A DNA stretch of 64,000 bases from Escherichia phage vB_EcoP-ZQ2. A model generated the notes under the pieces. That model was not told where the DNA came from, searched no databases, and saw nothing but the letters and a program-made list of their open reading frames with translations. Numbering within the stretch: the first letter of the stretch is position 1; each line of letters starts with the position of its first letter. Below are positions 17,091-28,811 of the stretch, piece by piece. The DNA lies in the sequence record NC_070874.1. One strand, 5' to 3'. A program made the position numbers and the translations under genes.

Positions 17091-17302
17091 ATAGAGTTTA
17101 CTGTTTGCATTACCCTAACTGATACTGCTGTTAGGGTAATTACTTGCCCAAAGATATTAAGCATACCTAGCTGAATACCATCCCCCATGTATTGATGCCA
17201 GACACTATGTCTGGATGTACCCCAACATACTAAGTATTATCTAAGAGTCATCTTATGATATGGCCCTATTGGGAATTCTAACTACACAACTACGGTAATA
17301 TT

Positions 17303-17632
17303 ATGAATGAATCAGGTGAACTGCTTCTAGTCAGACTGGAGGAACGATTGAAGACTCTGTTTGATAACCAGGCAAGAGACAGACAGGACCGTGAGAAACT
17401 AGAGGAAACTCTGGTGGAACTACGGGATTCAATCAATGACATAGGTAATAGACTAAAGAATGTGGAGGATAGCTTAGCTAAGAATGAACCTACTATTGAA
17501 GAGTTCATCACCATTAAGCATAAAGTTGTTGGTGCTGGAATTTTTGGTAAGTGGGTATGGGCTGGGGCAGGTGCAATTATTGGTGTATTGGCTGCTGCAA
17601 GACGGGAGATATTCGCATGGTTCGCAGGCTAA
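17303..17632 (+). CDS. lysis-cassette membrane protein (holin/antiholin-like; coiled-coil plus C-terminal transmembrane segment)
   Basis: 109 aa; C-terminal VVGAGIFGKWVWAGAGAIIGVLAAA hydrophobic segment; first gene of the lysis cluster. Confidence 0.4.
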   Translation: MNESGELLLVRLEERLKTLFDNQARDRQDREKLEETLVELRDSINDIGNRLKNVEDSLAKNEPTIEEFITIKHKVVGAGIFGKWVWAGAGAIIGVLAAARREIFAWFAG

Positions 17633-17877
17633 AAAGAAAAGTAGAGTTAGTACCTAACTGGAAAAGATGCTGGAAATGGGCATCCATTCAGATTAGTACA
17701 CTCGGGTTAATTATGTTTTCTGCCATAGATATCATTCAACCAATGCTGACAGGATTACCTCGTCACATCCTAGAAGATATTCCCCATGGTTCCAATATTG
17801 CAATCGCACTGTTTGCCTTAAGCATCGTAGGCAGATTAATACGATTCCGTCCGAAGGAAGATTCACATGAAAGCTAA
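17617..17877 (+). CDS. putative pinholin (two transmembrane domains)
   Basis: Start chosen at ATG 17617 (MVRRLKRK...) within track ORF 17551..17877; two hydrophobic helices; directly upstream of a SAR-type endolysin. Confidence 0.45.
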   Translation: MVRRLKRKVELVPNWKRCWKWASIQISTLGLIMFSAIDIIQPMLTGLPRHILEDIPHGSNIAIALFALSIVGRLIRFRPKEDSHES

Positions 17878-18502
17878 ACAGAAACTTGCTGCGAAAGGTG
17901 GTGCAGTGGGAGGGGTTGTCGCTGCTATCCTGGGGGCAGTGTTCTATATGGAAGGGGGATATGTAAACAATCCTCGTGACCCAGGTGGTGAAACCAATCA
18001 TGGCATTACCCAGGCAGTAGCTAAATCTCACAAAGAAGTTCTGGCTACTGAATACGGCTGGGATGGTTCTATGAAAGGTTTATCTAAAGAGATGGCTGCT
18101 GAGATATACATTGATGACTACGTACTTAAGCCTAACTTCGTAGCTTTCGCTGATATATCTCCTGCTGTAACTCATAAGCTGATAGATGCTGGTGTTAACA
18201 CTGGTGTAACTCGTCCAGCTAAGTGGTTGCAGTTATCTCTTAATGAAATGTCCCGTGATGGCAAAGACTACCCTAAAATACAGGTTGATGGTAAAGTCGG
18301 TACAAGCACTGTTAATGCATATAAAGCATTACAGAAAAAACGAGGCAAAGTTGCAGCATGTCAGGTAATGATTAAATTACTAGATGCTAAACAACTAAAC
18401 CACTACACCTCATTAAACATGCCAGACTTTACATATGGTTGGGTAGCTAACCGAATAGGCAATGTGCCACTGGAGGCGTGTAATGAAGATGCTAATCTCT
18501 AA
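17867..18502 (+). CDS. endolysin, N-acetylmuramidase (GH108-like) with N-terminal signal-anchor-release (SAR) segment
   Basis: 211 aa; N-terminal Gly/Ala-rich hydrophobic segment GGAVGGVVAAILGAVF followed by EGGYVNNPRDPGGETNHGIT. Confidence 0.8.
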   Translation: MKAKQKLAAKGGAVGGVVAAILGAVFYMEGGYVNNPRDPGGETNHGITQAVAKSHKEVLATEYGWDGSMKGLSKEMAAEIYIDDYVLKPNFVAFADISPAVTHKLIDAGVNTGVTRPAKWLQLSLNEMSRDGKDYPKIQVDGKVGTSTVNAYKALQKKRGKVAACQVMIKLLDAKQLNHYTSLNMPDFTYGWVANRIGNVPLEACNEDANL

Positions 18503-18989
18503 AGGTTGGCCTTATCTTCTGGTGGTGGTCCTGGGGGCCACCATTTACTTTTGGGGTAATTCCAATGGACAGTCTACTGTTCAAAAGAAGTGGGATGCCC
18601 AAAAGGTTGAAGACCAAAAGGCAACACAAAAATTACAGGACAAATACAATGCTCTCCAAAGAAACCATAGTTATGAAGTCGGGTTACTCACTTCCCGGTT
18701 GCAGACGGCTGAGAGTAATTACGCAAGCGAGCTTGCTCGCGTTAGCAGTGATTATGACAGCCGGATGCAACAGTCTGAAAGACGAGCATCGGTATATAAA
18801 CGTCAAGCCGAAGCCGGAACCTTTGAGTGCAGAAGTCTTGCAAGCCATGCAGCCAGACTCGACAACAGTCTTGAAGAAGGCAGACGTTTGGTTGAAGAAC
18901 TCAGGGCAACTGTTAGACTCCGTGACAGCCAACTAATTGAGTTGGGTAAACAGATTCAGGCTGACCGTAAACTTTTTGAACAGGAATAA
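18483..18989 (+). CDS. i-spanin (Rz-like)
   Basis: ATG at 18483 with GGAGG RBS 6 nt upstream; N-terminal transmembrane helix [16 protein letters not shown] then a long charged coiled-coil region. Confidence 0.65.
   Translation: MKMLISKGWPYLLVVVLGATIYFWGNSNGQSTVQKKWDAQKVEDQKATQKLQDKYNALQRNHSYEVGLLTSRLQTAESNYASELARVSSDYDSRMQQSERRASVYKRQAEAGTFECRSLASHAARLDNSLEEGRRLVEELRATVRLRDSQLIELGKQIQADRKLFEQE
18673..18936 (+). CDS. o-spanin (Rz1-like outer-membrane lipoprotein) embedded in the i-spanin gene in the +1 frame
   Basis: ATG at 18673; signal peptide with lipobox [32 protein letters not shown], Pro-rich mature region; wholly inside the i-spanin ORF. Confidence 0.6.
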   Translation: MKSGYSLPGCRRLRVITQASLLALAVIMTAGCNSLKDEHRYINVKPKPEPLSAEVLQAMQPDSTTVLKKADVWLKNSGQLLDSVTAN

Positions 18990-18991
18990 CT

Positions 18992-21262
18992 ATGGAACAC
19001 CAAGACACTTTTAAGCCTTTACCAGACCCGGCTCAATCAGAGAAGTTAACGGACTGGAAAAAGGAACCAAGTATCCAATTACTGAAAGGTGATTTGGAAT
19101 CAGCCAAACCTGCTCACGATGCAATCATGGCTCAGATTCGTGAGTGGAATGACTTAATGGAAGTCAAAGGCAAGGCTAAACCCCCAAAGGTTAAAGGACG
19201 TTCACAAGTCCAACCTAGACTGGTTCGCCGTCAGGCAGAATGGCGTTATGCACCATTATCCGAACCATTCCTCTCATCCAATAAACTCTTTAAAGTAACC
19301 CCTGTTACTTTTGAAGATGAGTTAGCTGCACGTCAGAATGAACTAGTTCTTAACTACCAATTCCGTACTCAGCTTAATAAAGTAAAACTAGTAGACGATT
19401 ACGTTCACAGTGTCGTAGATGATGGTACTGGTATTGCTCGCATTGGTTGGGAACGTAAGACTGTTAAGATTAAAACAGAAACACCAGTCTTCCAGTTGTA
19501 TCCAATTGAGAACCAGGAACAAGCAGATATTCTTCAACGGGCTTTGCAGCTTCAGGCAGAGAATCCTCGTGAGTATGATGAAACAATGCCTGAAGATATT
19601 AAGGAAGCTGTTAACTACTTCAATGAAACTGGAGAAGCTACCTATGCAATCCAGACTGGAGTTACTGAAGTAGAGGTAGAGAAAGCACTGGTTAACAGAC
19701 CTACTGTTGAAATGCTTAATCCCAATAACGTAGTTATTGACCCAAGCTGTAATGGAGACTTGGACAAGGCTCTGTATGCAGTTATCTCATTTGAGACTTG
19801 CAAAGCAGACCTAATGAAGAACAAGGACCGTTACCACAACCTGGATAAGATTGACTGGGAAAGTTCTAGTCCTATGACTGACCCAGACCATGAAAGTAAA
19901 ACTCCTGGTGATTTCCAGTTTAAGGATGCACTTCGTAAGAAAGTAGTTGCTTATGAATACTGGGGATTTTATGACATTAACGATGATGGTTCACTGGAAC
20001 CAATTGTTGCTACCTGGATTGGTTCTACTCTTATCCGTATGGAGAAGAACCCATTCCCGGATGGTAAGTTACCTCTGGTAGTTGTTCCTTACATGCCACG
20101 TAAACGTGAACTCTTTGGTGAGGCTGATGCCGAACTGTTAGGAGATAACCAAGCAATTCTTGGTGCAACTATGCGTGGGATGATTGACCTGTTGGGTCGA
20201 AGTGCAAATGGTCAACGAGGGTATCCTAAAGGGATGTTAGATACTCTGAACCGACGTCGATATGATGATGGACAAGACTATGAATACAACCCAATGCAAG
20301 GCAATCCTAGTCAGGCCATTATGGAACATAAGTTCCCTGAGTTACCTCAGTCGGCAATAATAATGACTCAGATGCAAAACCAGGAAGCAGAAGCACTAAC
20401 TGGTGTTAAAGCATTTTCTGGTGGTGTAACTGGTGCAGCTTACGGAGATGTGGCTGCTGGTATTCGTGGTGCACTTGATGCAGCATCCAAACGTGAGATG
20501 GCAATCCTTCGTCGATTAGCTAAGGGTATGGCAGACATTGGTACTAAGATTTGTGCAATGAATGCTGTGTTCTTATCAGAAAAGGAAGTAGTACGTATTA
20601 CTAATGAGCAGTATGTAGAAATTAACCGTGAAGACCTTAAAGGTAATTTCGACATTGAGGTTGATATTAACACTGCTGAAATTGATAACCAGAAGTCCCA
20701 AGACTTGAGCTTCATGGTTCAAACATTAGGTAATACAGTTGACCAGACTATTACGTTATCTCTTGTAGCTAAGATTGCAGAACTTAAACGTATGCCTGAC
20801 CTTGCTCATGAATTACGTACCTGGAAACCACAGCCAGACCCTATGGAAGAACAGCTTAAGCAATTAGCAATTCAGAAAGCACAGCTTGAGAATGAAGAGT
20901 TGAAAAGTAAAATTGCACTCAATAATGCTAAGGCTAAAGAAGCTATTTCTAGTGGTGACCTTAAAGACCTGGATTATCTGGAACAGGAATCTGGTACTAA
21001 ACATGCTCGTGATATGGAAAAACAAAAAGCACAATCTCAAGGAAACCAGAACCTTCAAATAACTAAGGCGTTGACAACACCTACTAAAGAAGGTGAAACT
21101 ACCCCCAACATATCTGCTGCTGTCGGATATAACGCTTTGACTAACGGGAACTCTTTACAGGAACGTGACTTAGCTGCACAGCAAGACCCGACTTATTCAC
21201 TTAGTTCCCAGTATTATGACCCTAGCCAAGACCCAGCATCGGCTCTTGGTATGAACTTATAA
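18992..21262 (+). CDS. portal protein
   Basis: 756 aa; position between lysis cassette and scaffold/capsid genes as in N4-like phages; acidic C-terminus. Confidence 0.7.
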   Translation: MEHQDTFKPLPDPAQSEKLTDWKKEPSIQLLKGDLESAKPAHDAIMAQIREWNDLMEVKGKAKPPKVKGRSQVQPRLVRRQAEWRYAPLSEPFLSSNKLFKVTPVTFEDELAARQNELVLNYQFRTQLNKVKLVDDYVHSVVDDGTGIARIGWERKTVKIKTETPVFQLYPIENQEQADILQRALQLQAENPREYDETMPEDIKEAVNYFNETGEATYAIQTGVTEVEVEKALVNRPTVEMLNPNNVVIDPSCNGDLDKALYAVISFETCKADLMKNKDRYHNLDKIDWESSSPMTDPDHESKTPGDFQFKDALRKKVVAYEYWGFYDINDDGSLEPIVATWIGSTLIRMEKNPFPDGKLPLVVVPYMPRKRELFGEADAELLGDNQAILGATMRGMIDLLGRSANGQRGYPKGMLDTLNRRRYDDGQDYEYNPMQGNPSQAIMEHKFPELPQSAIIMTQMQNQEAEALTGVKAFSGGVTGAAYGDVAAGIRGALDAASKREMAILRRLAKGMADIGTKICAMNAVFLSEKEVVRITNEQYVEINREDLKGNFDIEVDINTAEIDNQKSQDLSFMVQTLGNTVDQTITLSLVAKIAELKRMPDLAHELRTWKPQPDPMEEQLKQLAIQKAQLENEELKSKIALNNAKAKEAISSGDLKDLDYLEQESGTKHARDMEKQKAQSQGNQNLQITKALTTPTKEGETTPNISAAVGYNALTNGNSLQERDLAAQQDPTYSLSSQYYDPSQDPASALGMNL

Positions 21263-21275
21263 GGCAGACCTTCAC

Positions 21276-21620
21276 ATGAGTAAAGAATCAACAATCGCAG
21301 GACTGGAACATCGACTTGAAGCTGCTAAAGGTGCAGTTGCACACGCAGAAGATGTACGTAAACTTCTGGAGAATCCACTGTTCCGTAAAGTAATCCTTCG
21401 CCAGTTCTGTGTAGAAGATTGTGCACGTTACGTGCAGGAGTCTGGTGACCCACTGCTTGAACCGAATAACCGTGCAGATGCACTGAACATGGCACAAGCT
21501 GCTGGTCACTTACGTCGTTGGCTCGACCTCGCCATTCGTATGGGTGAGAATGAAGCTGACGTTATTCTTCAGGTAGAAGAAGAACTCGATGCAGTTCGTG
21601 CTGAGCCTGAAGACGAATAA
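21276..21620 (+). CDS. hypothetical head-module protein (114 aa)
   Basis: ORF track; between portal and scaffold. Confidence 0.5.
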   Translation: MSKESTIAGLEHRLEAAKGAVAHAEDVRKLLENPLFRKVILRQFCVEDCARYVQESGDPLLEPNNRADALNMAQAAGHLRRWLDLAIRMGENEADVILQVEEELDAVRAEPEDE

Positions 21621-21639
21621 TTAACCGGAGATATTTCCT

Positions 21640-22860
21640 ATGACTACGGAAGCTGCAACCACAGCTTCCGACATTCTCGCAATGTCGGATGATGAGATTC
21701 TGAATATGGAAGCCCCAGCAATTATTGCTGAGGAAGATACTTCCACTCAGAACAACCCAGAAACCAACGGCGTACAGACTCCTGATGAAGAAGTTGACAC
21801 CTCTGCTGTTGAAGACCTACCAACCGAAGAAACCTTCCCTGAAACTGAGCCAGTTGAAGATGATTCAGCAAATTCTTTAACTTCTGATAAAGTTGATGAT
21901 AAAGTTGTTGACACAGAAGTTGATAGTAACGGTAAGCCGATTACTGAAGCTGAACCTTCTACTGCTGAACCAGGCCAGGAACAGAAAGAAGAAGGCAAAC
22001 AGTCTGAAGGTCTGCCTGCTGACTTCAACTATAAGGAAGGTTATGAGAAGTTGATGGCTCCTTTTAAAGCTAACGGCAAAATGATTACTCCCCGTTCACC
22101 GGAGGAGGCCATTAGCCTGATGCAGATGGGTGCTAACTATACTCGTAAGATGCAAGAACTACAGCCGTACCGTAAGGTAATGCTGATGCTACAGAACAAC
22201 GGTTTAATGGATGAGGAAAAACTTTCTTTCCTGATTGACCTGGATAAGAAGAATCCTGAAGCCATTAAAAAGTTGTTGAAAGACTCTGGTACAGATCCTC
22301 TGGACTTTAATCCTGATGAGGAAATTAACTACCAGGGTGGCAAACACCGTGTTACAGACACCGAAGCAGATTTTGCAACCGAAATTGACGACTTAAAGTC
22401 TACTCAAGAAGGACAAGCTACATTAGGTGTTATTAGCTCGACATGGGATGCTGCCAGTAAAGATGCTCTTTATCAGAATCGTGGCTTACTCCACACCATT
22501 CACGAACAACGTGAGAATGGTATTTATGACACCATTGCTAATGAAGTGAATCGTCTTCAGGTGTTAGGTCAGATTCCGGTAGGTACTCCGTTTATTCAGG
22601 CTTATAACTACGTTGGTAACCTCCTTGCACAACAGGGAGCATTTAACCAAGTGGCTAAGCCTGAACCAGTACAAGCAGTTAAACCAGCTGTTCAGCCGGT
22701 AGTGCGTGTAGCACGGCCTAAGCAGACTCTGGCTAACAGTGAGCAAGCTAAAGCAGCTTCCCTTAATCGGGCTGCTACACGTAAAGCTACACCTATTGTA
22801 AACCCACTCGCTATGAGTGACGAAGATTTCGCTAAACTCCCAGTACCGGGTAGTCTTTAA
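21640..22860 (+). CDS. scaffolding protein
   Basis: 406 aa; highly acidic, low-complexity N-terminal half (E/D/T-rich); immediately upstream of the major capsid gene. Confidence 0.55.
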   Translation: MTTEAATTASDILAMSDDEILNMEAPAIIAEEDTSTQNNPETNGVQTPDEEVDTSAVEDLPTEETFPETEPVEDDSANSLTSDKVDDKVVDTEVDSNGKPITEAEPSTAEPGQEQKEEGKQSEGLPADFNYKEGYEKLMAPFKANGKMITPRSPEEAISLMQMGANYTRKMQELQPYRKVMLMLQNNGLMDEEKLSFLIDLDKKNPEAIKKLLKDSGTDPLDFNPDEEINYQGGKHRVTDTEADFATEIDDLKSTQEGQATLGVISSTWDAASKDALYQNRGLLHTIHEQRENGIYDTIANEVNRLQVLGQIPVGTPFIQAYNYVGNLLAQQGAFNQVAKPEPVQAVKPAVQPVVRVARPKQTLANSEQAKAASLNRAATRKATPIVNPLAMSDEDFAKLPVPGSL

Positions 22861-22876
22861 ACAGGAATGAGATGAT

Positions 22877-24079
22877 ATGTTAAACTATAACGCTCCAATT
22901 GACGGTCAGAAATCTAGCATTGATGGTGCTGGTTCCGACCAGATGAATACCTATTACTGGCTGAAGAAGGCTATTATTCAGTCCCGTAAAGACCAGTATT
23001 TCATGCCTCTGGCTAACACTGTTAACATGCCGAAGAACTACGGTAAGACTGTTAAGGTGTATGAGTACGTTCCTCTGCTCGACGATAAGAACATTAATGA
23101 CCAGGGTATTGATGCTAATGGTGCTACCATCGTTAACGGTAACCTGTATGGTTCTTCCAAAGACGTTGGTAACATTACTTCTAAACTGCCTCTGCTGTCA
23201 GAGAACGGTGGTCGTGTTAACCGTGTAGGCTTTACTCGTCTGGCTCGTGAAGGTTCTATTCATAAGTTCGGTTTCTTCTACGAATTTACCCAAGAGTCTC
23301 TGGACTTTGATTCTGATGACCAACTGAAAGAACACCTGTCTCGTGAACTGATGAACGGTGCTGTACAGTTGACTGAAGCTGTTCTCCAGAAAGACCTGCT
23401 GGCTGCTGCTGGTACTGTACTGTATGCAGGTGCTGCTGTCTCTGATGCTACCATTACTGGTGAAGGTTCTACCCCGTCTGTAGTTTCTTATAAGAACCTG
23501 ATGCGTCTTGACCAGATTCTTACTGAGAACCGTACCCCGACCCAGACTACTATCATCACTGGTTCTAAACTGACAGATACCAAAGTACTTGGTGGTACTC
23601 GTGTAATGTACGTTGGTTCTGAACTGGTTCCAGAACTGAAAGCGATGAAAGACCTGTTCGGTAACAAAGCATTCATCGAAGTTCAGCACTATGCTGATGC
23701 TGGTACTCTGATGAATGGTGAAATTGGTTGTATTGATAAGTTCCGTATTATCCAGGTTCCAGAGATGCTGCATTGGGCAGGTGCTGGTGCTCAGGTTGGC
23801 ACTAACCCAGGCTATCGTTCTTCTATGGTTGGTGGTCAGGAACACTACGACGTATTCCCGATGCTGGTAGTTGGTGATGATTCCTTCTCTACCATTGGTT
23901 TCCAGACTGATGGTAAGTCTGTTAAGTTCACCATCATGACTAAGATGCCGGGTAAAGAAACTGCTGACCGTAATGACCCGTATGGTGAAACTGGTTTCAG
24001 TTCTATCAAGTGGTACTATGGTATTCTGGTTAAACGCCCAGAACGTCTGGCTCTGATTAAGACTGTTGCTCCTCTGTAA
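22877..24079 (+). CDS. major capsid protein
   Basis: 400 aa; follows scaffold gene; biased codon usage; followed by a strong hairpin; size and position match the N4 major capsid protein. Confidence 0.75.
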   Translation: MLNYNAPIDGQKSSIDGAGSDQMNTYYWLKKAIIQSRKDQYFMPLANTVNMPKNYGKTVKVYEYVPLLDDKNINDQGIDANGATIVNGNLYGSSKDVGNITSKLPLLSENGGRVNRVGFTRLAREGSIHKFGFFYEFTQESLDFDSDDQLKEHLSRELMNGAVQLTEAVLQKDLLAAAGTVLYAGAAVSDATITGEGSTPSVVSYKNLMRLDQILTENRTPTQTTIITGSKLTDTKVLGGTRVMYVGSELVPELKAMKDLFGNKAFIEVQHYADAGTLMNGEIGCIDKFRIIQVPEMLHWAGAGAQVGTNPGYRSSMVGGQEHYDVFPMLVVGDDSFSTIGFQTDGKSVKFTIMTKMPGKETADRNDPYGETGFSSIKWYYGILVKRPERLALIKTVAPL

Positions 24080-24097
24080 TAGTCCGAAATAAAACAA

Positions 24098-24115
24098 GGG
24101 GGACATAAGTCCCCC
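24098..24115 (+). terminator. stem-loop after the major capsid gene (terminator/attenuator)
   Basis: GGGGGAC-ATAA-GTCCCCC followed by TCTTAATAAAA. Confidence 0.45.
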
Positions 24116-24146
24116 TCTTAATAAAACTAAATGAACCACAGGAAAT

Positions 24147-24785
24147 ATGAACATGAGCATTAACGATAAACCGACCACTGACGTAGAAGTGAACGTACAG
24201 GGCAACGAAGATACCGTTAACGATATTGCAATGCCTAGCGAACTTGAAGTTCTTAAGCAACGTGCAACGTTGATGAATATCAAGTTCTCTAACAACATTT
24301 CCGTTGAGAAGCTTCGTGAGAAGATTGAAGCTGCACAAGTAAAAGATGAACCAGTAGTAGAAGCTGCTGTTAACCCACTGGGTGCTAATCAGGAAGCAGG
24401 TGTTAAGAAGATGACCCTGGGTCAGAAGATTCGTGCAGAACAGACTCGACTGATTCGTGTACGTATCCAGAACCTTGACCCTAAGAAGAAAGATCTGCCG
24501 GGTGAGATTATCACCGTAGCTAACGAATATATGGGTACTGTACGTAAGTTTGTCCCGTTCGGTGAAGTAACCGACAATGGCTATCATATTCCGTACTGTA
24601 TCTACGAGTTCCTTAAAGAGCGTAAGTTCATCAACATTACGACTCGTAAAGGTAAGAATGGCTTACCGGACATCCGTGCAACAGAAGCACGTGAGTTCTC
24701 CATTGAAGTACTGCCTCCGTTGACTGAAGCTGAATTAGCTCAACTGGCTCAAGCACAGATTGCTGCTGGTAGCCTTAACGATTAA
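24147..24785 (+). CDS. virion protein (N4 gp55-like position)
   Basis: ORF track (212 aa); RBS-like AGGAAA before the start. Confidence 0.55.
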   Translation: MNMSINDKPTTDVEVNVQGNEDTVNDIAMPSELEVLKQRATLMNIKFSNNISVEKLREKIEAAQVKDEPVVEAAVNPLGANQEAGVKKMTLGQKIRAEQTRLIRVRIQNLDPKKKDLPGEIITVANEYMGTVRKFVPFGEVTDNGYHIPYCIYEFLKERKFINITTRKGKNGLPDIRATEAREFSIEVLPPLTEAELAQLAQAQIAAGSLND

Positions 24786-24806
24786 CGTATAAGCTACAGT
24801 TCAACA

Positions 24807-24845
24807 CGGCTCACTGGGGTAACTCCGTGGGCCGTTTCTTTTTGA
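24807..24845 (+). terminator. rho-independent terminator
   Basis: Stem CGGCTCAC/GTGGGCCG (one G-U pair) followed by TTTCTTTTTG. Confidence 0.55.
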
Positions 24846-24855
24846 ACCGAGAGGA

Positions 24856-25698
24856 ATGATTATGTCTTGTTCTGCTGAGGTAGAAGCTAACCGACTCCTA
24901 GAAGAGTTAACTAAGGGTGATGACTTTACCCTTCCTGATATTGATATGTCCGGCCCTGAATGGGATATCCCAGGTGGAGATGGTTCCCCAATCTTTGGTG
25001 CTATTACTAAGATAACCAATGAATCTCTTACTACCCGTGAAGTAGGTGGTAGTGGTACGTTTGATGCATTAATGGAATCTGCACATAATCACCTTAAAGC
25101 TGAGTTTAAGGCTAACCGTATTACAGGTGGTGAATATACCAAAGCGTATATTGCTATGATGGAATCATGCATGAGTAATGCTGTTCAGTTCTTACTTGGT
25201 CGTGACCAGGCATACTGGGCTGCTGCACTGGCACAGATTCAAGCAGTTACTGCTCGTGTTCAATTGGCAACTACTAAAGCTCAGTTTGTACTGGCTAAGA
25301 TTCAGGCACTGTCTGCTAAGAGTGAATACGCTCTTACTAAGATGAAGATTGCTACTGAATCTGAGACATATTGTGCTGCATTGTTTAACGTTAATCAGAT
25401 GTTACCTCAACAGCTTAAGCTGATTACTGAGCAAACCGAATCACAACGTGCACAGACACTGGATACTCGTACTGATGGTGCAGTAGTTAAGGGTTCTGTT
25501 GGTAAACAGAAAGAACTGTACTCTCAACAGATTACTTCTTATCAACGTGATGCAGAAGTTAAAGCATCTAAGCTGTTTACTGATGCATGGATTACTCAGA
25601 AAACTATTGATGAAGGCTTGAATCCACCAAATGGTTTCACTAACGCAAGTATTGATACCATTCTGTCCAAGCTGAAGTCTAACAACGGGCTGAACTAA
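24856..25698 (+). CDS. virion structural protein (N4 gp54-like position)
   Basis: ORF track (280 aa); helical, Q/A-rich. Confidence 0.55.
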   Translation: MIMSCSAEVEANRLLEELTKGDDFTLPDIDMSGPEWDIPGGDGSPIFGAITKITNESLTTREVGGSGTFDALMESAHNHLKAEFKANRITGGEYTKAYIAMMESCMSNAVQFLLGRDQAYWAAALAQIQAVTARVQLATTKAQFVLAKIQALSAKSEYALTKMKIATESETYCAALFNVNQMLPQQLKLITEQTESQRAQTLDTRTDGAVVKGSVGKQKELYSQQITSYQRDAEVKASKLFTDAWITQKTIDEGLNPPNGFTNASIDTILSKLKSNNGLN

Positions 25699-25699
25699 T

Positions 25700-28354
25700 A
25701 TGGGTTTATTCAGTGGGAAGACTAAAGTATACGTAGCATCCTCTGTCTATAACATGGCAGGGGATATACATAAACGTCCTAACTATATGAAGACTGTAGT
25801 CATTGGCAATATTATTTCCAATACAGGATTCACTATGGCAGACACTATCTCTGATAGTTATCTGAATGGGCCTGGTATTCGTATGCGATTGTTCTCCAGC
25901 TGGAGCAAGAACCACTATGATTCAGAAGTTGGTATGGCAGGCTCTTCATTAGGTGTACTGGCTAAGATTGACCCTACTGTTATAGAAGGTCAAATTACAC
26001 CCCCTGCTGGAGAGTCTGTTTATGTTCAGGCAGCAGAGATTGGTTTTGCTGACTTTGAGCAATGGTGTGACCAGTATCTTTATGAGAATGCTCCAAGTCG
26101 AATCATGGAACGATTCGACATAGACATTAATGAAGATACTAATGAAATTACGATGACCTCTTTAGATGGAGGTTCCACTATTACATTCACACCTACTAAC
26201 TTTGAACCAGGTGCTTTATATCTCTATGCTGATTACTCTTTCTATAAGTCTCCCTCTACCAATCCACCGGTAGTAGGACCAACTACTGTCTATGATAGTG
26301 AGGGTGACTTACCCTCAACTTTGTTATGGACTACTGTCTCAAGTGATACGACAGCTAATACAGCCAATCTTACTAAGACTATACATACTCATTCCGTCTA
26401 CTCTGATGGTAGACCAGATGAAGACAGTACTGTCACCGAACCAAGTGTAGATAACTGGAACTCTTACGTTAAGGTTTACCGTAGAGGGTTTACAGAGAAA
26501 CCTAATGATGTAACTGTAGTTGTATCTGACAGAGTAATGACACATAAAAAGTTTGGTGAGATACAATCCAGTACTTCTGTAACTACCAATGTAGTTGATA
26601 TAGGTGGAGGAGTTACTCGTACTGATACAATTACTACAACCACAGAGACACTGGTTCGTAAGTACTCATCCCAGACTACTCGCACTGATACTGAGATGAC
26701 TGCTGTTGGTACACCTAAGCTGCTTATCTATAAGCAGAACTCTGGTAACGTTGCACTGGATTCACTGTTTAATACTGAGGCTACTGATAACCGATTCTAT
26801 CCATTCATTCCAATCAGGAATGATAAGCAATGGGTAGAGAACGACCCAATCTACCCACACTGTAAGAAAGCTCTTTATAAAGCTACTGGTGGTAAGCTCA
26901 ATAATGTAATGACGGAGCTTAAGAAGAATAAAGACATAGGTGATATTCAGTACATTTATGGCACATTCGGTGTATCTCTTAATTCTCCTGAAGATACTGC
27001 TAAGGAATACATTTACCGTTTCTTTCAGATGGCTACTGAAGCATTTCCACCTGACCCAACCTACCCGACTTTGGAAGCAGTAATTGCAGGTTATCAGGCA
27101 GCTAATGATGCAGTTGATGCATACGTAGAATGGTGGAACAGGACTGAAGGGCATACTATTGGAACTCCTCCACCACTGCCAGAATACCCTGTAATACCTA
27201 AACGAGAGTTTAGAGTGCATAGTAATAAGCATTATAAATATGACATGACCATTGGTTGGAACTATGTGTCTGAAACTACACATTCAGGGCAAGCATGGGC
27301 TGGGGCTAAGCAGGGACAACTACGAGCCAGGTATGCAGGTGATATTACACTTACCCGTAAGAACATAAGGACAGCTTCTAACTCCGGTTCTGCTAAGAAA
27401 CTCGAGGTAACATATACATTCTATTCAATGCAGGAGTATGAGTTACTTTGGCAGGACGGTAATAACACTTACCGTAAACTCAGAGTACTGGGCCTAAATC
27501 ACTATAACAGGGTGTATAAGAATAAGTCAGTGCACATTGATGTTGCTGGGGCAATGGGTGATGCAGAAGAGAGTGGGTTCATTATCCCACTACACACTAA
27601 CATTTATCGTTCCATGTCACTGGTTCGAAGTACTCAGCTATCCACTGCCTGTTCCTACTTAGTGATGAACTCATATAAGAAGGTTAAGAAGAAATGGTAT
27701 CAGACTGGGGCTTTTAAGATTGTTGTTGTAGTGGTCGCTGTGGTTATCTCTGTATTTACAGCTGGTGCAGGTGGTGCAGGTATACTTGGTGCATATGGTG
27801 CAGTTGGTGCATCTCTGGGTTTTGTTGGATTAGCTGCTGTGATAGTTGGTGCTGTAGCAAATGCTATTGCTGGAATGATTCTGGTATCCATTATCACTAA
27901 AGTATCCACTTCACTGTTCGGGGACAAGCTGGGCTTTATCATTGCTGCTATTGCTTCAATGGTAGCTATGAATGTTGGTACTGCTTTGTCTACTGGTACA
28001 TCCCTATCTACCCTGGCAAGTGAAATGATGAATGCCCAAAACATCATGCAGCTTACCAGTTCAGTAGGTAATGGTATTAGCCAGTATATTAATGCATCTA
28101 CGGCTGCTACTATTCAGAAAGCAGAGAAAGTAATGCAGCAGTACAATACTGATATGATGGCAATCAATAAGCAGTATGAAGAGATGTTTGGTACTGCTGG
28201 GCAGGGTGTAATTGACCCAATGCAATTCGTGTCAATGGAGTCACTGGATTCATTCTTATCACGTACTCTTATGACTGGTTCAGATATAGCTGACCTGTCC
28301 TTAGATATGATAGGTAACTTCTCTGACATGACTCTTAATACTGACTTAGTTTAA
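25700..28354 (+). CDS. large virion protein with C-terminal glycine-zipper transmembrane cluster (candidate ejection/channel protein)
   Basis: 884 aa; residues about 660-770 contain [51 protein letters not shown]. Confidence 0.6.
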   Translation: MGLFSGKTKVYVASSVYNMAGDIHKRPNYMKTVVIGNIISNTGFTMADTISDSYLNGPGIRMRLFSSWSKNHYDSEVGMAGSSLGVLAKIDPTVIEGQITPPAGESVYVQAAEIGFADFEQWCDQYLYENAPSRIMERFDIDINEDTNEITMTSLDGGSTITFTPTNFEPGALYLYADYSFYKSPSTNPPVVGPTTVYDSEGDLPSTLLWTTVSSDTTANTANLTKTIHTHSVYSDGRPDEDSTVTEPSVDNWNSYVKVYRRGFTEKPNDVTVVVSDRVMTHKKFGEIQSSTSVTTNVVDIGGGVTRTDTITTTTETLVRKYSSQTTRTDTEMTAVGTPKLLIYKQNSGNVALDSLFNTEATDNRFYPFIPIRNDKQWVENDPIYPHCKKALYKATGGKLNNVMTELKKNKDIGDIQYIYGTFGVSLNSPEDTAKEYIYRFFQMATEAFPPDPTYPTLEAVIAGYQAANDAVDAYVEWWNRTEGHTIGTPPPLPEYPVIPKREFRVHSNKHYKYDMTIGWNYVSETTHSGQAWAGAKQGQLRARYAGDITLTRKNIRTASNSGSAKKLEVTYTFYSMQEYELLWQDGNNTYRKLRVLGLNHYNRVYKNKSVHIDVAGAMGDAEESGFIIPLHTNIYRSMSLVRSTQLSTACSYLVMNSYKKVKKKWYQTGAFKIVVVVVAVVISVFTAGAGGAGILGAYGAVGASLGFVGLAAVIVGAVANAIAGMILVSIITKVSTSLFGDKLGFIIAAIASMVAMNVGTALSTGTSLSTLASEMMNAQNIMQLTSSVGNGISQYINASTAATIQKAEKVMQQYNTDMMAINKQYEEMFGTAGQGVIDPMQFVSMESLDSFLSRTLMTGSDIADLSLDMIGNFSDMTLNTDLV

Positions 28355-28367
28355 CAGGAGAATCCCC

Positions 28368-28811
28368 ATGGATTTATCATTTTTAACAGGCAACCAAACT
28401 CCACAGCCAGCTGCTATGTCTTGGATGTCTAATAACAATCAGAACTTTAATACCCCGGCTATGAACTATAACCCTGGTGCAGCTATTGGTATGGGTACGA
28501 ATTTGGGTACATCTGCCCCTACTTCTTTCATGTCTGGTTCAGCTAATCAGTTGGGTCTGAACGTACCAACCTTCCAATTAGGACTGGGTGCACTTGGTTC
28601 ATTAGCTAATATCTATAGTGGTTTCCAGGCTAATAAGTTAGCCAAAGACCAGTTGAACTTTACTAAGAGTGTTACTAACACTAACCTGAATAATCAGATT
28701 AAGTCTTATAACACTGCACTAGAAGACCGTGCTCGTAGCCGTGCTGTTGCAGAAAACCGTGACCAGTCTTCAGCTGATGCTTACATTGCAGCTAACAAAT
28801 TAACCCGTTAA
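28368..28811 (+). CDS. virion protein (147 aa)
   Basis: ORF track; GGAG RBS before the start. Confidence 0.55.
   Translation: MDLSFLTGNQTPQPAAMSWMSNNNQNFNTPAMNYNPGAAIGMGTNLGTSAPTSFMSGSANQLGLNVPTFQLGLGALGSLANIYSGFQANKLAKDQLNFTKSVTNTNLNNQIKSYNTALEDRARSRAVAENRDQSSADAYIAANKLTR

Noticed and set aside
17205-17221. Hairpin CCAGACA-CTA-TGTCTGG as a fourth virion-RNAP promoter
   Set aside because: Loop is not GGA and the CC-A-rich upstream element is absent; it is on the late strand where vRNAP promoters are not expected.
18565-18672. N-terminal 36 codons of the track ORF 18565..18936
   Set aside because: The embedded o-spanin most plausibly starts at the internal ATG 18673 directly before its signal peptide; the upstream extension is basic, non-hydrophobic and lacks an RBS.
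23198-24298. 366-aa minus-strand ORF antisense to the major capsid gene
   Set aside because: Fully antisense to a confidently called, highly expressed structural gene; the long open frame is a by-product of the biased codon usage of the capsid gene.
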